Part shown: piece by piece, positions 16,566 to 26,619 of the stretch
Layout of the letters: each line of letters starts with the position of its first letter
Numbering within the stretch: the first letter of the stretch is position 1
Assembly (NCBI GenBank): GCA_018650165.1
Contig: JABIGM010000016.1
Span: 1-39,904 of the forward strand
Direction of reading: 5' to 3'
Length of the DNA: 39,904 nucleotides
DNA from: Methanobacteriota archaeon
GTDB lineage: Archaea; Thermoplasmatota; Poseidoniia; Poseidoniales; Poseidoniaceae
Position numbers and translations under genes: made by a program
The notes under the pieces: generated by a model
The model's database searches: none
What the model saw: the letters and a program-made list of their open reading frames with translations, nothing else
What the model was told of the DNA's origin: nothing

Positions 16566-18839
16566 TCAAGCCATCTTTCTTTGTTGCTCTTTTAATAAAA
16601 TATTACAACGTCGGATTTGTTCCTTTGCAAGATTCTGTTGGTCTTTATCTAGACCTCTTGGCATTGCCTGTTCAAAACACTTTATGGCATCTCCAAACCG
16701 TTGCATTTCCGCATAGGCTGTCCCCATATTGTACAGGGTTTTACCCTGAACTCCGCCAGGATTGATCACCATTGCTTTGTGGTAAGATTCTACACATTTC
16801 GGGTAGTCTTCGAGGTAGTATAGCGCATTACCTCTACCATTTAAGATTCGGATTACCATTTCATCATTGTCAGCAAAAGATGGAAGTGCTCGGTCGAAAC
16901 AAGATAGTGCTTCCTTGTACTTTTTATCTTCAATCAACCCGACACCTTTGTTGTACCACTCGATGTCATGGTTTGCAATAGCGTTTGAACTAGAGTCAAT
17001 ACCGGTACTCACTTCCATTCGAGATGCGGCCTCAAGGGCAGCAGCTGCAAGGTCAACCTCAGGTCGAGATTCGGGAGCCTCTACTTCTGGTTCTGGTCTA
17101 GCTGAAAGTTCTGGCAAAGACACCTGCTGAGGAGCGTCATTTACGCTTTCATTCTGAGGAGGGTCCTGTACGAAGGGTTTCTCTCCGTCGGATAAATTAG
17201 ATTCAGGTTCATCTTGTATTACCTGTACAGGTGTGGCAGATACCGGTTCTACTTCGCTAAAAGCATCAAGTGGGTCTTCCGTAGCAGGCGCAGGATTTGC
17301 GAGGAGGCTAGCCTTTTCGTGGCAACGTTGTGCGGTAGTAAGATCGCCTGCTGCTTCAAGAGAGCGTGCCAGGCCAGTCCATAAAATGGGATTGTTTTTA
17401 TCTTGCTGAATCATTGATTTCCAGCACTTAACCGCATCTGTGTGGTTGCCTGAAGCAGACAGTGCTCTTCCCATAAGTTCCGAATTTGGCTGGCATAAAC
17501 TCACAGCCTCTGCTGCAAGTGCAGGCCCCTCTGGAATTGTAGGAGGCAAGCCAGCCGTATTCTCAAGAATCTTTGCCTCACCCTCGGCCAATTCAACCAA
17601 TAGAAGGGCTAAGGTTTCCTTTCCATCTTGTTGGTCAATAAGTGCCCTGCGTGATTTTAGAAGGTTCTCAATATCTCCACTTTTTTGTGAGATATTGGCC
17701 AACCGCAAAGCTGCTTTTGCGTATGATGGGTCAATATCAATGGCACTAGCAAAGCATTTTCCAGCGGCTTCATAATTCTCTTTCCTTTCGTGTAATGCGC
17801 CAAGGTTGAAGAAGCATTTAGCGTTAGTCTGGTCTAGTCCAATTGCATGTGTATATGCTCCAATTGCGTGGTCATCATAGCCACTTGCAGCCATTGCGCC
17901 TGCTGCTACCTTCCAAGATTCAAAATGCTGCGCTGCTACACCGTGAAGGTGCTCCTTAAGTATGGCAAGTGCGCCTTTTGCATCACCGTTAATGAGGAGT
18001 TCAGTTGCTTGAGAGCATAGATTGTCAACATCAATGGCTTCTTCCTCAATCGCTTCTTCGATAGGAGTTTCTGGTTCTTGTACCATCATCGCTTCAATAG
18101 ATTCCTCTAACACAGTTTCAACTTCAGCCAGTGAACCTTCGTGGTTCAAGGAATCATTTCCGCCTTGGTCTCTAGTTAATGAAACATTTTGGTCTACTAA
18201 TTTTTCTTGAGTATGGGGCATTACTTGCGGTGTGGTGTGCAACACGCCACCTGCTGCCTTGTTGCTATTCATTATATTCACAAGGTGCGGATGACCTGGG
18301 AAATACTGCAAAGCGCGGTGAGCAATTTCAACAGCGCCATCATTTTCGCCGAGCCTATCAAGCAGCACTGCCAAATTTGCGAGCGCAGGTCCATGGTTTG
18401 GGTCCAAGTCAAGACATATTACGAAAGATTGTCTTGCGCCGCGTGGATCTTGTTCGGCTTCTAAAAGGACACCTCGATTGAACCATGCCATAGAATTAGA
18501 AGGGTCCAAAGCTATAGCCTTATTGAATATTTTAAGAGCGGACTGATGGTCGGCTGAACGGTGTGCTGCTTCGCCTTCAGAAATCAAATCGGCGACGGTT
18601 GAGTCTTGATTCTCAGCGACTGTATCTTCCGAGGTATTTTCTATCACTGGCGTTTCAGTTTCTATTGTTTCTTCAACGATTGAAGGTGTAATTGTAGTCT
18701 TTACTACATCGGCTAGTGAGGACATCATTGCGTCTGTAATTTCAGCCGCAGCATCGGTTGAATTCGTCATTTCATCCTCGGACATGGAGGTCACCGTGTT
18801 CGTTGGCTCCTCCATATGGGATAAGGATTGTCCGTTCAC
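16566..18839 (-). CDS. Tetratricopeptide-repeat protein
   Basis: Multiple TPR units (AWFNRGVLL, CFFNLGAL, WYNKGVGL, LNGRGNALY, LYNMGTAY) separated by acidic Pro/Glu-rich linkers. The start may be 18815. Confidence 0.9.
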   Translation of the reverse strand: MNGQSLSHMEEPTNTVTSMSEDEMTNSTDAAAEITDAMMSSLADVVKTTITPSIVEETIETETPVIENTSEDTVAENQDSTVADLISEGEAAHRSADHQSALKIFNKAIALDPSNSMAWFNRGVLLEAEQDPRGARQSFVICLDLDPNHGPALANLAVLLDRLGENDGAVEIAHRALQYFPGHPHLVNIMNSNKAAGGVLHTTPQVMPHTQEKLVDQNVSLTRDQGGNDSLNHEGSLAEVETVLEESIEAMMVQEPETPIEEAIEEEAIDVDNLCSQATELLINGDAKGALAILKEHLHGVAAQHFESWKVAAGAMAASGYDDHAIGAYTHAIGLDQTNAKCFFNLGALHERKENYEAAGKCFASAIDIDPSYAKAALRLANISQKSGDIENLLKSRRALIDQQDGKETLALLLVELAEGEAKILENTAGLPPTIPEGPALAAEAVSLCQPNSELMGRALSASGNHTDAVKCWKSMIQQDKNNPILWTGLARSLEAAGDLTTAQRCHEKASLLANPAPATEDPLDAFSEVEPVSATPVQVIQDEPESNLSDGEKPFVQDPPQNESVNDAPQQVSLPELSARPEPEVEAPESRPEVDLAAAALEAASRMEVSTGIDSSSNAIANHDIEWYNKGVGLIEDKKYKEALSCFDRALPSFADNDEMVIRILNGRGNALYYLEDYPKCVESYHKAMVINPGGVQGKTLYNMGTAYAEMQRFGDAIKCFEQAMPRGLDKDQQNLAKEQIRRCNILLKEQQRKMA

Positions 18840-18881
18840 GCTCCCGCTTATTTGATACGACTCCTGTGTGTCGTTGTTGTT

Positions 18882-19511
18882 GTGCGACCTACATTTAGCA
18901 ATGAAAACGGCGGTACATTTGTCCTAATTGAGCCAGGTATTGTAGGCGTTCTAACTATTACTGAGCCTTTTTTTATTGGGGCAAGACCGGTTACTCAGGT
19001 AGAATGGACGACCCTAATGGGTAACAATCCGGCAAAATTCCAGGACGGTTGGTCAGCTGGTCTCCGCCCTATCGAAAGTGTTAGTTGGCTCGACTGTCAA
19101 AAATTTATTGAAAAGTTAAATGAAATTGACACTGATGATAAAATGGGTTTGTCGGGATTGTGGCGCCTTCCAACAGCAGATGAATGGGAATTTGCCTGTA
19201 GGGCAGGAACTGAAACACGGTGGTTTCATTCCAGTAGAGATTCTGAATTAGATGAAGTTGCTTGGCATGCTGGTAATTCCGGCGCATCTACAAGAGAGGT
19301 CGGCCAAAAAAAGGCAAATGCGTGGGGGCTTCATGATTGCCATGGCAATGTTTCTGAGTGGACCTCGAGTGAAGTTGAACTCAAGAGAATTACAAAAGGG
19401 GGTTCATGGTTAATGGAATCAGAGTCGACTACTTCCGCTGCGAAGGGGCTCTCCGCTGCCGACAAACGTAGTGATGCAATTGGTTTTCGTCTCGTATGGG
19501 CGCCATTGTGA
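18882..19511 (+). CDS. FGE-sulfatase (SUMF1) domain protein, cytoplasmic
   Basis: PVTQVEW, RPIESVSWLDC, RLPTADEWEFACRAG, NAWGLHDCHGNVSEW, KGGSW, IGFRL. The GTG start is inferred. Confidence 0.9.
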   Translation: MRPTFSNENGGTFVLIEPGIVGVLTITEPFFIGARPVTQVEWTTLMGNNPAKFQDGWSAGLRPIESVSWLDCQKFIEKLNEIDTDDKMGLSGLWRLPTADEWEFACRAGTETRWFHSSRDSELDEVAWHAGNSGASTREVGQKKANAWGLHDCHGNVSEWTSSEVELKRITKGGSWLMESESTTSAAKGLSAADKRSDAIGFRLVWAPL

Positions 19512-19536
19512 ATAACCTCTAACCTCTGGGCCAATT

Positions 19537-19863
19537 ATGCGCTTGTACCATAACCCCCGATGCTCGAAATCGCGACAGGCGCTTGCATTACTAGAACTAC
19601 GGAATATTGAATTTGAAGAGTATCGATATTTGGAAAAGGGAGTTTCGCAAGAAGACCTTGAGATACTGGTCCAACTTGAGGGGGTAATCAGGGCAAATGA
19701 TCTTGATCCAGATTGCGAATTCAATCTCAACAGCAAAACTGATTTACGAAAATTACTGGAATCAAACTCCAAAGTTCTTCAGCGCCCTATACTGGTTAAT
19801 GATGGGAAAGCAGTGATTGGTAGGCCACCTGAAGAGATTCTTACTCTTCTTCCCGATGCTTGA
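19537..19863 (+). CDS. ArsC/Spx-family protein (glutaredoxin-type arsenate reductase-like)
   Basis: YHNPRCSKSR, LQRPI, IGRPPE. Confidence 0.9.
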   Translation: MRLYHNPRCSKSRQALALLELRNIEFEEYRYLEKGVSQEDLEILVQLEGVIRANDLDPDCEFNLNSKTDLRKLLESNSKVLQRPILVNDGKAVIGRPPEEILTLLPDA

Positions 19864-20227
19864 GAACCGTTGCTACATTGAGTCTTACAAAAACCTCAAG
19901 GTATGATTTCATCCTATCCTCAACCGGTGAAACTTCTTCGTGGTATAGTGATGCCATTATCTCACAAATTTCTTTGAAGTTCCTATCACCATTCATAAGT
20001 TCCCAAAGCATTGATTGCGTGTAGTGCATTGGCCGACGGACAACTTTGGGGGCACGTAATAATCGTGCGAATATATTTTCAATTCGGGTAAATCTTTTTT
20101 CAATTAGTAATACGACATTACGGCCCGTAATCCCATGGATTTCCGGGTGGATACCTGGCTCTCCTTTGTATTCCCATTCGACAGGTAATTTCACTGGTAT
20201 AAAGTATGACCAATCCCCTTCAATCAT
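19841..20227 (-). CDS. PqqD-family (RRE-like winged helix) protein
   Basis: SMLWELMNGDRNFKEICEIMASLY...VEDRMKSYLEVF fits the PqqD pattern (WxLxDGxRxxxEI). Confidence 0.7.
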   Translation of the reverse strand: MIEGDWSYFIPVKLPVEWEYKGEPGIHPEIHGITGRNVVLLIEKRFTRIENIFARLLRAPKVVRRPMHYTQSMLWELMNGDRNFKEICEIMASLYHEEVSPVEDRMKSYLEVFVRLNVATVLKHREEE

Positions 20228-20406
20228 TACAGTCCCTCAGTTGTAAATGTAATATATAGCAGTGCAAGCATCGAAATTATACCAGATATCGCAGTTATTT
20301 TCTTGAGTTCAACTTTGTTGGTGAAGTTGTCTAAAATCCATGTTAAAACACCAAATATTGCGACTAAGCTGAGCAGACCAAACCATATTGCAGGCAGTTC
20401 ACTCAT
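20227..20406 (-). CDS. Small two-TM membrane protein (59 aa, not in the ORF track)
   Basis: Hand translation MSELPAIWFGLLSLVAIFGVLTWILDNFTNKVELKKITAISGIISMLALLYITFTTEGL*. The ATG overlaps the upstream stop and the TAA overlaps the downstream ATG (TAATG). Confidence 0.8.
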   Translation of the reverse strand: MSELPAIWFGLLSLVAIFGVLTWILDNFTNKVELKKITAISGIISMLALLYITFTTEGL

Positions 20407-23400
20407 GGCCAGTCGAACCCTCGACTACCTGTGAACCTTGCGCAGCCTGCCATGCTTCGTACTCTGCCATTTTACGGTTATATTCATCTAATTGGGCTTG
20501 GTACTCTGTAACTAGGTTATCCTCTACTTGTGTTGTAACCGGTGGCCCCTCAAAAGCGGTTGCAGGTGGGCCAGCAACAGGTTCATGGATTTCCTCTTCT
20601 TCATACTCATCGAAATCATCACTCCTCGATTTCTTTCTTAGGAAGATGGTCAAAATCACTAGCATGAAAATACCACCCGTGCCAGAAACAATTGTAGTGG
20701 TGGAAAATAGGCTGTCCTCTAAGACAGGCTTCGCCCATGAAACGCTCTCTTTGATTTGGAAATTCGTTCGATTATCACTCCCGTTAATCATCACTAAAAT
20801 CTCACCGGAATAATCCCCGGACTCTCTGATAATTTCACATCTCATGTTGTGTGTTTGTGCTGTCAAATGGCCTTGGTCCATTTCGATTCTGGTAGAATCA
20901 ATGTGTATTGTACTTCCATCACAAATCATTCCCCACCCACTTGGAATGGTGGCCTCAATATCGAATATTTCATCTTGGGTTGAGGTCGAGGTTAAATTAA
21001 TCCACAAAAGGTGAACTGAGTTTGTTGCAATTTCATTTTCGGGTATGGAAATTTCACTAAGTAATACGTGCCTTCTTTCTCCGACCATTATTGCTGCTGA
21101 AATTGTCTTTGAAATTGGACGGCCAAGTTCGTCAGCCCCTCCTTCCAGTTCGATGGTGGCAGAAATAATCGTGTTGAGGTCACAGTCAGGTGAGATTATG
21201 ATATCAGCAATTAAGTGAACAGATTCAGTTGCCCCGAGGTTAAGATTAATCCATTCGCCAGCACCCTTTGACAATCCATTTTCTGTTGATATAAATCCAA
21301 TAACTTCCTCAGTAGATGTCGATGTCTGAATTACAAGACGTGCACGTATTGTCGTGTCGGCTGCGTTGCCAATGTTCCATGCAGTCGCATTGAATGAAAA
21401 AGTTGAGTTAGTTTCTACGACACTTTCACCAGCATATCCCTCTAATTTGGGTTGTCGAACAGTTTCTGTACTTGCCTCAAACATCACCGAATTATCACTT
21501 GAGTTAACATCAGTGCCTCCTTCTGGCGTGACTGAAATAGTAATTTCATGAAATTCTCCCGGTGCTTCAAGTGAGGGCAATAGTAGCCATATGTCGACGA
21601 TTTTGATATTATCCAGGTCATAGGATACCGAGAGAGGAATCCCCTCAGTTACATTGACACCCTCTATAATTGCCCACCACTCCCAAGAATCAGGAGACCA
21701 CGGTAAATCAACAACCGCAACTGCGGGTCCATTGCCGTCATTTGTTACTTTTGCTCCAATGCGAATTGGAACCCCCGGGGTAAGGGTTGTAGGTGTTTCA
21801 AGTAACTCGATTTTAAGGTCGTACAGCGAGTTGACGCGCAGGCCTTGCCATTCATCTCCAGTGATTGTTTCTCCAGATCTAAGTGAAAGAGCCATTGGGT
21901 AGATAGTAGGACCATTGTCATTTGCTTGGGCGGTTAGTGGAGCAGATACTCTTACTGTGTATGCTGATGAAGAACCTGGCGAGATTGCTAAATCTGGTGA
22001 ATGTAGCAATTCTACATTCCATCCTGTAATATCTGTGAAACCTATTTGTGGTCTAAAAATATCTATTCTGCTGGCATTGTTCCAAATGCGGAATGTGATG
22101 TCAGTCGAAAGACCAGCATCAATATATTCGATCTCCTGATTAGTAGATTCAGCATCAATCTCAGCATTACTAATCATCGCAGCAGCTACCTCGATAGCTT
22201 CAACATCGCTCCGTCTCGAATCATTTGTACTTGTGGCAGTTAGCCACACTTCACCAGTAACATCAGGCTCTACTCCCTCGGGGATGTTTGCAGTCATCCA
22301 AATCTCCCGCGGAGTATCGACCCTAACAAGCACATCAGTTGATTGATTCCATGCTAAAGAAATACTCCAACCTGTTGGTATATTTTTATCGGCTAGGGTT
22401 AATGAAAATACATCGGTAGCCTCGCCAATATTTTGTAATTCAACAGAAAAACTACAACTTGTTCCAGGGCTGCATCGAGGTGCATCTTCGGGAACTATTA
22501 CATCCGGTAAACGGTCTGGGAGAACCTTCAGTACGGTTTGGACACCATGCTCAACATCGGGATATAGGTTTGAAGTTACATTCACTGTAACTGGTAGATT
22601 GCCCTGACTTGCATTTTCGTCTACCAAAACCCGTAGATCAAATTGTCTGGATTCACCAGGCAGTAATTCAAGTCCAGATGTTCCAATACTTGCTCCATTA
22701 GGGTTTGAGAAATAATGTGTCCATCCTACCGGAACTCCACTTGCGACAGGGGTGTAGCGAGCAGATATATTCCCGTCATTTGTCACTTCAAGCCGGGTCG
22801 TTGACCAATCTCCGGGCAAACCCCCAAGAGCATTTACGCCCGCCAAACTCACCTGATATTCACTTTTCCTAGCAGCCTGGTCATAGATTATCACTATGTC
22901 ATCAATCCAGTATCCAATATCTGAAGAACTTGCATCAGAAGTGAAAGTAAACTGTATTTGTGTTGTTGCATGGAAATGGGAATTGTCAACCGGAATTACA
23001 GGTGAATTACGACCATTATATGATGCGGAAAATGTTTGCCAATTTATTCCATCTTGGAAATTATTGTCAACCACATTTTGCATAGTGAAAGTTTCATCCC
23101 AGTTCCCAGTTTCATCTTTGATATAACCCTTCATTTGGTCTCCACTTCCACCCCCGCCGGTGTAGAAGAATGAATAGCCAATTGCATCATTGTGACCATT
23201 AATGTCATCAGCGACATTGAAACTAGGGCTGGTTAAAGTCGAAGTCAGTGAATTAGAGTAAGTTGAAAGTTGACCATTACCAACATGGAATGAATTTGAT
23301 TGAGATATATATGCATCAGAATTGACACTCCATTCGCCGGTACTTGTCCATTGTGACATATCTATGCAGTTGTCGTAGAGGTAGGCTACAGTCATGTGTC

Positions 23401-23893
23401 GCGACTGTTGATTGTTAGATGAATCATCATCGCCATTTGTATTTGAAACAATAATTTGTAATGTATGATTTCCCGCATAGTATGGGGTCCATAAAACATC
23501 GACTGATGAGGATGATGAACCTGCAATTGGGCTAATCGCCTTGGTGGTATTTAGCAATTCGAAGCGCGTATATTCATTATGCAAAACTAGAACCCCAACA
23601 TCAACAAATCCCGACTGAACTGTACCAATATTCTCAATTATGACATTAATATTCATCTCTACTCCAACCACACCATCGGTAACATAGAGGTTTGCAGGCT
23701 TGTTGAATCCAGTAATTGGATAGTTTGAAGAAAACATTTTGTACAAACTTTGGTTGACGGAATCAGGGTATGAAATTGAAATATCTCCTACATCTAAGTC
23801 GATATTTACAGCACGACCATTCGTTGCACTGGATATGGGAAAAAGTGTTGGCATCAACAACGCGATTAGCAGAATGGATATGATTCTCCGCAT
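20399..23893 (-). CDS. Large membrane-anchored surface protein (CARDB, jelly-roll and NEW3/Ig-like repeats)
   Basis: Signal MRRIISILLIALLMP; CARDB-like V..ENIG...W.P..AGNHTL.I.V; a domain ending GYWIDDIVI; repeated V.N.GN/GE..D.F motifs; C-terminal TM helix plus acidic tail. Confidence 0.85.
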   Translation of the reverse strand: MRRIISILLIALLMPTLFPISSATNGRAVNIDLDVGDISISYPDSVNQSLYKMFSSNYPITGFNKPANLYVTDGVVGVEMNINVIIENIGTVQSGFVDVGVLVLHNEYTRFELLNTTKAISPIAGSSSSSVDVLWTPYYAGNHTLQIIVSNTNGDDDSSNNQQSRHMTVAYLYDNCIDMSQWTSTGEWSVNSDAYISQSNSFHVGNGQLSTYSNSLTSTLTSPSFNVADDINGHNDAIGYSFFYTGGGGSGDQMKGYIKDETGNWDETFTMQNVVDNNFQDGINWQTFSASYNGRNSPVIPVDNSHFHATTQIQFTFTSDASSSDIGYWIDDIVIIYDQAARKSEYQVSLAGVNALGGLPGDWSTTRLEVTNDGNISARYTPVASGVPVGWTHYFSNPNGASIGTSGLELLPGESRQFDLRVLVDENASQGNLPVTVNVTSNLYPDVEHGVQTVLKVLPDRLPDVIVPEDAPRCSPGTSCSFSVELQNIGEATDVFSLTLADKNIPTGWSISLAWNQSTDVLVRVDTPREIWMTANIPEGVEPDVTGEVWLTATSTNDSRRSDVEAIEVAAAMISNAEIDAESTNQEIEYIDAGLSTDITFRIWNNASRIDIFRPQIGFTDITGWNVELLHSPDLAISPGSSSAYTVRVSAPLTAQANDNGPTIYPMALSLRSGETITGDEWQGLRVNSLYDLKIELLETPTTLTPGVPIRIGAKVTNDGNGPAVAVVDLPWSPDSWEWWAIIEGVNVTEGIPLSVSYDLDNIKIVDIWLLLPSLEAPGEFHEITISVTPEGGTDVNSSDNSVMFEASTETVRQPKLEGYAGESVVETNSTFSFNATAWNIGNAADTTIRARLVIQTSTSTEEVIGFISTENGLSKGAGEWINLNLGATESVHLIADIIISPDCDLNTIISATIELEGGADELGRPISKTISAAIMVGERRHVLLSEISIPENEIATNSVHLLWINLTSTSTQDEIFDIEATIPSGWGMICDGSTIHIDSTRIEMDQGHLTAQTHNMRCEIIRESGDYSGEILVMINGSDNRTNFQIKESVSWAKPVLEDSLFSTTTIVSGTGGIFMLVILTIFLRKKSRSDDFDEYEEEEIHEPVAGPPATAFEGPPVTTQVEDNLVTEYQAQLDEYNRKMAEYEAWQAAQGSQVVEGSTGHE

Positions 23894-23944
23894 GGGCCCC
23901 GTACATTGACAGATTTTCAAGCAATATGACACCTTCGCTTCAAA

Positions 23945-24748
23945 CTAACTTTCCTCGAGAGCATCTTTCGCTGCTTCAAGCCGCATCTCAACTTTCTTTT
24001 GCTTGGCTCTTGCTGCGAAGTAAACAGTAAAAGATGGAATCAATACCAAACTAAAGCATCCAATAACTGCGGCTAATGCCCATACAAATTCAGTTGCGGT
24101 ATCGATTTCAAATGGTTTAATCTCTGAAAGATTTTCATTAACCTGATCTACTTTTATGGATGGACTAACAGTTCGGTTTCCATTTTCAGTTACTGTAATT
24201 CGAACAACTGCTGGCTCAAATTCTGTTTCGATTAATCCCTTTGCCTTATCCCGTGCTTCACCAATCGAATCTGCATAAACAGTACCGGTGCCCCGGAGGG
24301 CAGGGTTAGGATCTGTAAGGGAAATAATCTCGGCATTTCCATCTTCCGAAACCACTGTATGGAGGTTCTTTTGAACACAGGAAACCATGCATGAAAATTC
24401 TTCCGCAGTCACATCACCCAAATCGGGGTGGCTATAGATTCCCGCTGCATTTGACACTGATAGCGTCGCACCCTCAGAAAGTGAACTTGCAGTAACATTT
24501 ATCCAAGTCAAATTCACACCATTCATGGCTGCATCCCAAGTCCAAGTTGTACTGTTTGAATCTTCATCAAAATAGTGTTCTGGCGTATCAAGACTAACTT
24601 GGGTTTCATTGGATTCAGATTTATAAATGAAGTACTCAGTATCAATCGTTGCTCCATATACTGCATAGGCAAGCAAAAAAATCAGGGTTAACCCCATCCC
24701 CATTAGGGTGCGTAAAAGATTCGGATTTTGGGCCAATGCCTTACGCAT
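23945..24748 (-). CDS. Hypothetical membrane protein (N- and C-terminal TM helices flanking an extracellular domain)
   Basis: Long ORF with two hydrophobic segments; start placed 27 nt downstream of a promoter-like GGGTTCATGAAG. Confidence 0.75.
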   Translation of the reverse strand: MRKALAQNPNLLRTLMGMGLTLIFLLAYAVYGATIDTEYFIYKSESNETQVSLDTPEHYFDEDSNSTTWTWDAAMNGVNLTWINVTASSLSEGATLSVSNAAGIYSHPDLGDVTAEEFSCMVSCVQKNLHTVVSEDGNAEIISLTDPNPALRGTGTVYADSIGEARDKAKGLIETEFEPAVVRITVTENGNRTVSPSIKVDQVNENLSEIKPFEIDTATEFVWALAAVIGCFSLVLIPSFTVYFAARAKQKKVEMRLEAAKDALEES

Positions 24749-24886
24749 GATTACGGCCAGAAGGGAGCCCTTCATGAACCCTGCTGAACTAGCCCCGCAG
24801 TACCCTCTTCTGAAGTGATGCTGAAGGGTGCTGTAACAGTGCCTTTGATATAGGGGAGTTAGGTCGGCAGTTTGCTTGGTGCTACG

Positions 24887-25378
24887 ATGACGACGTTTTA
24901 CGATGTCCCTGCTGACCTATTGAATCCAGCTCTTGCTGATAAGTTGTCCGACATGGATGGTATTTCACGTCCTGAGTGGGCTGCTTATGTGAAAACTGGA
25001 ATCCACCGTGAACGCCCTCCATCTCAGTCGAATTGGTGGGAACTGCGTTGCGCAGCAATTCTTCGAAAAGTTGCCCGTGAAGGTCCAATCGGAGTAAATT
25101 CGTTGGCCCAGGCATATGGTGGGAAGAAAGACAACGGTGCACATCCACATACTCCAGCAATGGGTAGCCGCCACATTATTCGCACAGCCCTTCAGCAGAT
25201 GACTGAGGCTGGATTGATTGAAATGAAGTCTAGCAAGACAGTTCAGTCAGTCTCTGGTGACCAAAAGTTGTACCCTGGAAGAGTCCTTACTCCTGCGGGT
25301 CACAAGGTTCTGGATGAAGTCGCCCACTCGATCCGTGGGCAGGCCGAGGCAGCATATCCAGGTCTAGCAAAGTACTGA
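24887..25378 (+). CDS. rps19e: 30S ribosomal protein S19e
   Basis: YDVPAD, PEWAAYVKTGIHRERPP, WWELRCAAILRKV, GPIGV. Confidence 0.97.
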   Translation: MTTFYDVPADLLNPALADKLSDMDGISRPEWAAYVKTGIHRERPPSQSNWWELRCAAILRKVAREGPIGVNSLAQAYGGKKDNGAHPHTPAMGSRHIIRTALQQMTEAGLIEMKSSKTVQSVSGDQKLYPGRVLTPAGHKVLDEVAHSIRGQAEAAYPGLAKY

Positions 25379-25389
25379 AACTGGATGGG

Positions 25390-25764
25390 ATGGATGTGGC
25401 TACTATGACTCTCGCCGCTGATGATGAATTGGCCAATCTACGTGCTCAGCGTATGGCTCAGATTCAAAGTCAGTTGGAAGAGCAAGCTGCAGCCCAGGCT
25501 GATGCTGAAATCGAACAGCAAACTCAAGCTTCTGCAGTCGCAGAACTCGATAAGTCGATGAAAACAATTCTTACTCCCGAAGCCCGCTCTCGTTTAGCGA
25601 GCCTCAATTTGGTTAATCCTGAATTAACAACTAGAGTTAAAACCCATCTTGCTACACTTGCAAATGAACAGCGTATTTCAACTCCAGTCAATGACCAACA
25701 ACTCAAGCGAATCCTCGCTGGACTTTCAGAAGGCCGCCGAGAGACAAGCATCCGTAGAATCTGA
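25390..25764 (+). CDS. PDCD5/TFAR19-like DNA-binding protein
   Basis: [24 protein letters not shown], ...LKRIL; canonical position after rps19e. Confidence 0.92.
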   Translation: MDVATMTLAADDELANLRAQRMAQIQSQLEEQAAAQADAEIEQQTQASAVAELDKSMKTILTPEARSRLASLNLVNPELTTRVKTHLATLANEQRISTPVNDQQLKRILAGLSEGRRETSIRRI

Positions 25765-25774
25765 GGTGAAAATG

Positions 25775-25930
25775 ATGTCACGTAATAAGCCGGCCGCAAA
25801 GAAAATCCGCCTAATGAAGGTGGGTAAACAAAACCGACGTGTACCTGTTTGGGTCATGCTCAAGACCGCGCGTAATACCGTTTCTCATCCAAAGCGTCAC
25901 CATTGGAGACGCAGTAAATTACAGAGGTGA
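25775..25930 (+). CDS. rpl39e: 50S ribosomal protein L39e
   Basis: [25 protein letters not shown]...[12 protein letters not shown]; SD GAGGTG upstream. Confidence 0.97.
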   Translation: MSRNKPAAKKIRLMKVGKQNRRVPVWVMLKTARNTVSHPKRHHWRRSKLQR

Positions 25931-25936
25931 TTATGA

Positions 25937-26212
25937 ATGGCACGTGGAGCAGTTAGCGAATTAGTAGTTCCTTTAAGGAATGCATGGAACATTACTAGGT
26001 ACAAGAGAGCACCTAGAGCAGTTCAAATTATCAAGAACCAGGTAGTTAAGCATCTGAAGGTCACTGAAGATGAAGAAGTTTGGATTGATCCTGCAGTCAA
26101 TGAAAAAATCTGGGAACGCGGTATTGAAAACCCCCCTCGCAAAATACGCCTTCAAATCACTCGTCACGACGAGCCAGACATACCAATTGAAGTAAAATTA
26201 ATGGAGGAGTGA
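25937..26212 (+). CDS. rpl31e: 50S ribosomal protein L31e
   Basis: VPLRNA...[31 protein letters not shown]. Confidence 0.97.
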   Translation: MARGAVSELVVPLRNAWNITRYKRAPRAVQIIKNQVVKHLKVTEDEEVWIDPAVNEKIWERGIENPPRKIRLQITRHDEPDIPIEVKLMEE

Positions 26213-26214
26213 AA

Positions 26215-26406
26215 ATGGGAAATATTCGTCCAACATTTATCAAGCTGCGTGCAATTATTCTATGCGAAGAGCACGGTGAGAAATTCACAAATGATTTCGA
26301 TCATAACAAAAAAGTAGTTGACGAATTAACTGATGTTGATTCAAAGAAGTTACGAAACTGGATTGCTGGATACGTCACTAGGTACCGCCAGCGTCGAACC
26401 GACTGA
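26215..26406 (+). CDS. rps17e: 30S ribosomal protein S17e
   Basis: [36 protein letters not shown]. Confidence 0.97.
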   Translation: MGNIRPTFIKLRAIILCEEHGEKFTNDFDHNKKVVDELTDVDSKKLRNWIAGYVTRYRQRRTD

Positions 26407-26415
26407 GGTTTGTTG

Positions 26416-26619
26416 ATGGCGATTAGAGTCGCCTGGGACCGAACTCCAGTCAGTCTCCACGGTAGCAAAGAAGAATTGCTAATCCTTCTAGAGCATCTAC
26501 GCTCTAACCATAATTTCCGCAAGCATTCGATTGTAATGCCAGACCGAGAAAATGACGAAGAAGCGGTATTTTTCCTGTACGCTCCATGTGACCCACGCTG
26601 GATTGCGGAGGTCATGTAA
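26416..26619 (+). CDS. Small hypothetical protein within the ribosomal protein operon
   Basis: 67-aa ORF abutting rps17e and trmJ (TAA immediately followed by ATG); GAGG upstream. Confidence 0.75.
   Translation: MAIRVAWDRTPVSLHGSKEELLILLEHLRSNHNFRKHSIVMPDRENDEEAVFFLYAPCDPRWIAEVM

Noticed and set aside
20388-20813. Antisense ORFs here and across the pnt, TPR, natB and 35692-36126 regions
   Set aside because: Shadow frames of well-supported genes on the opposite strand.
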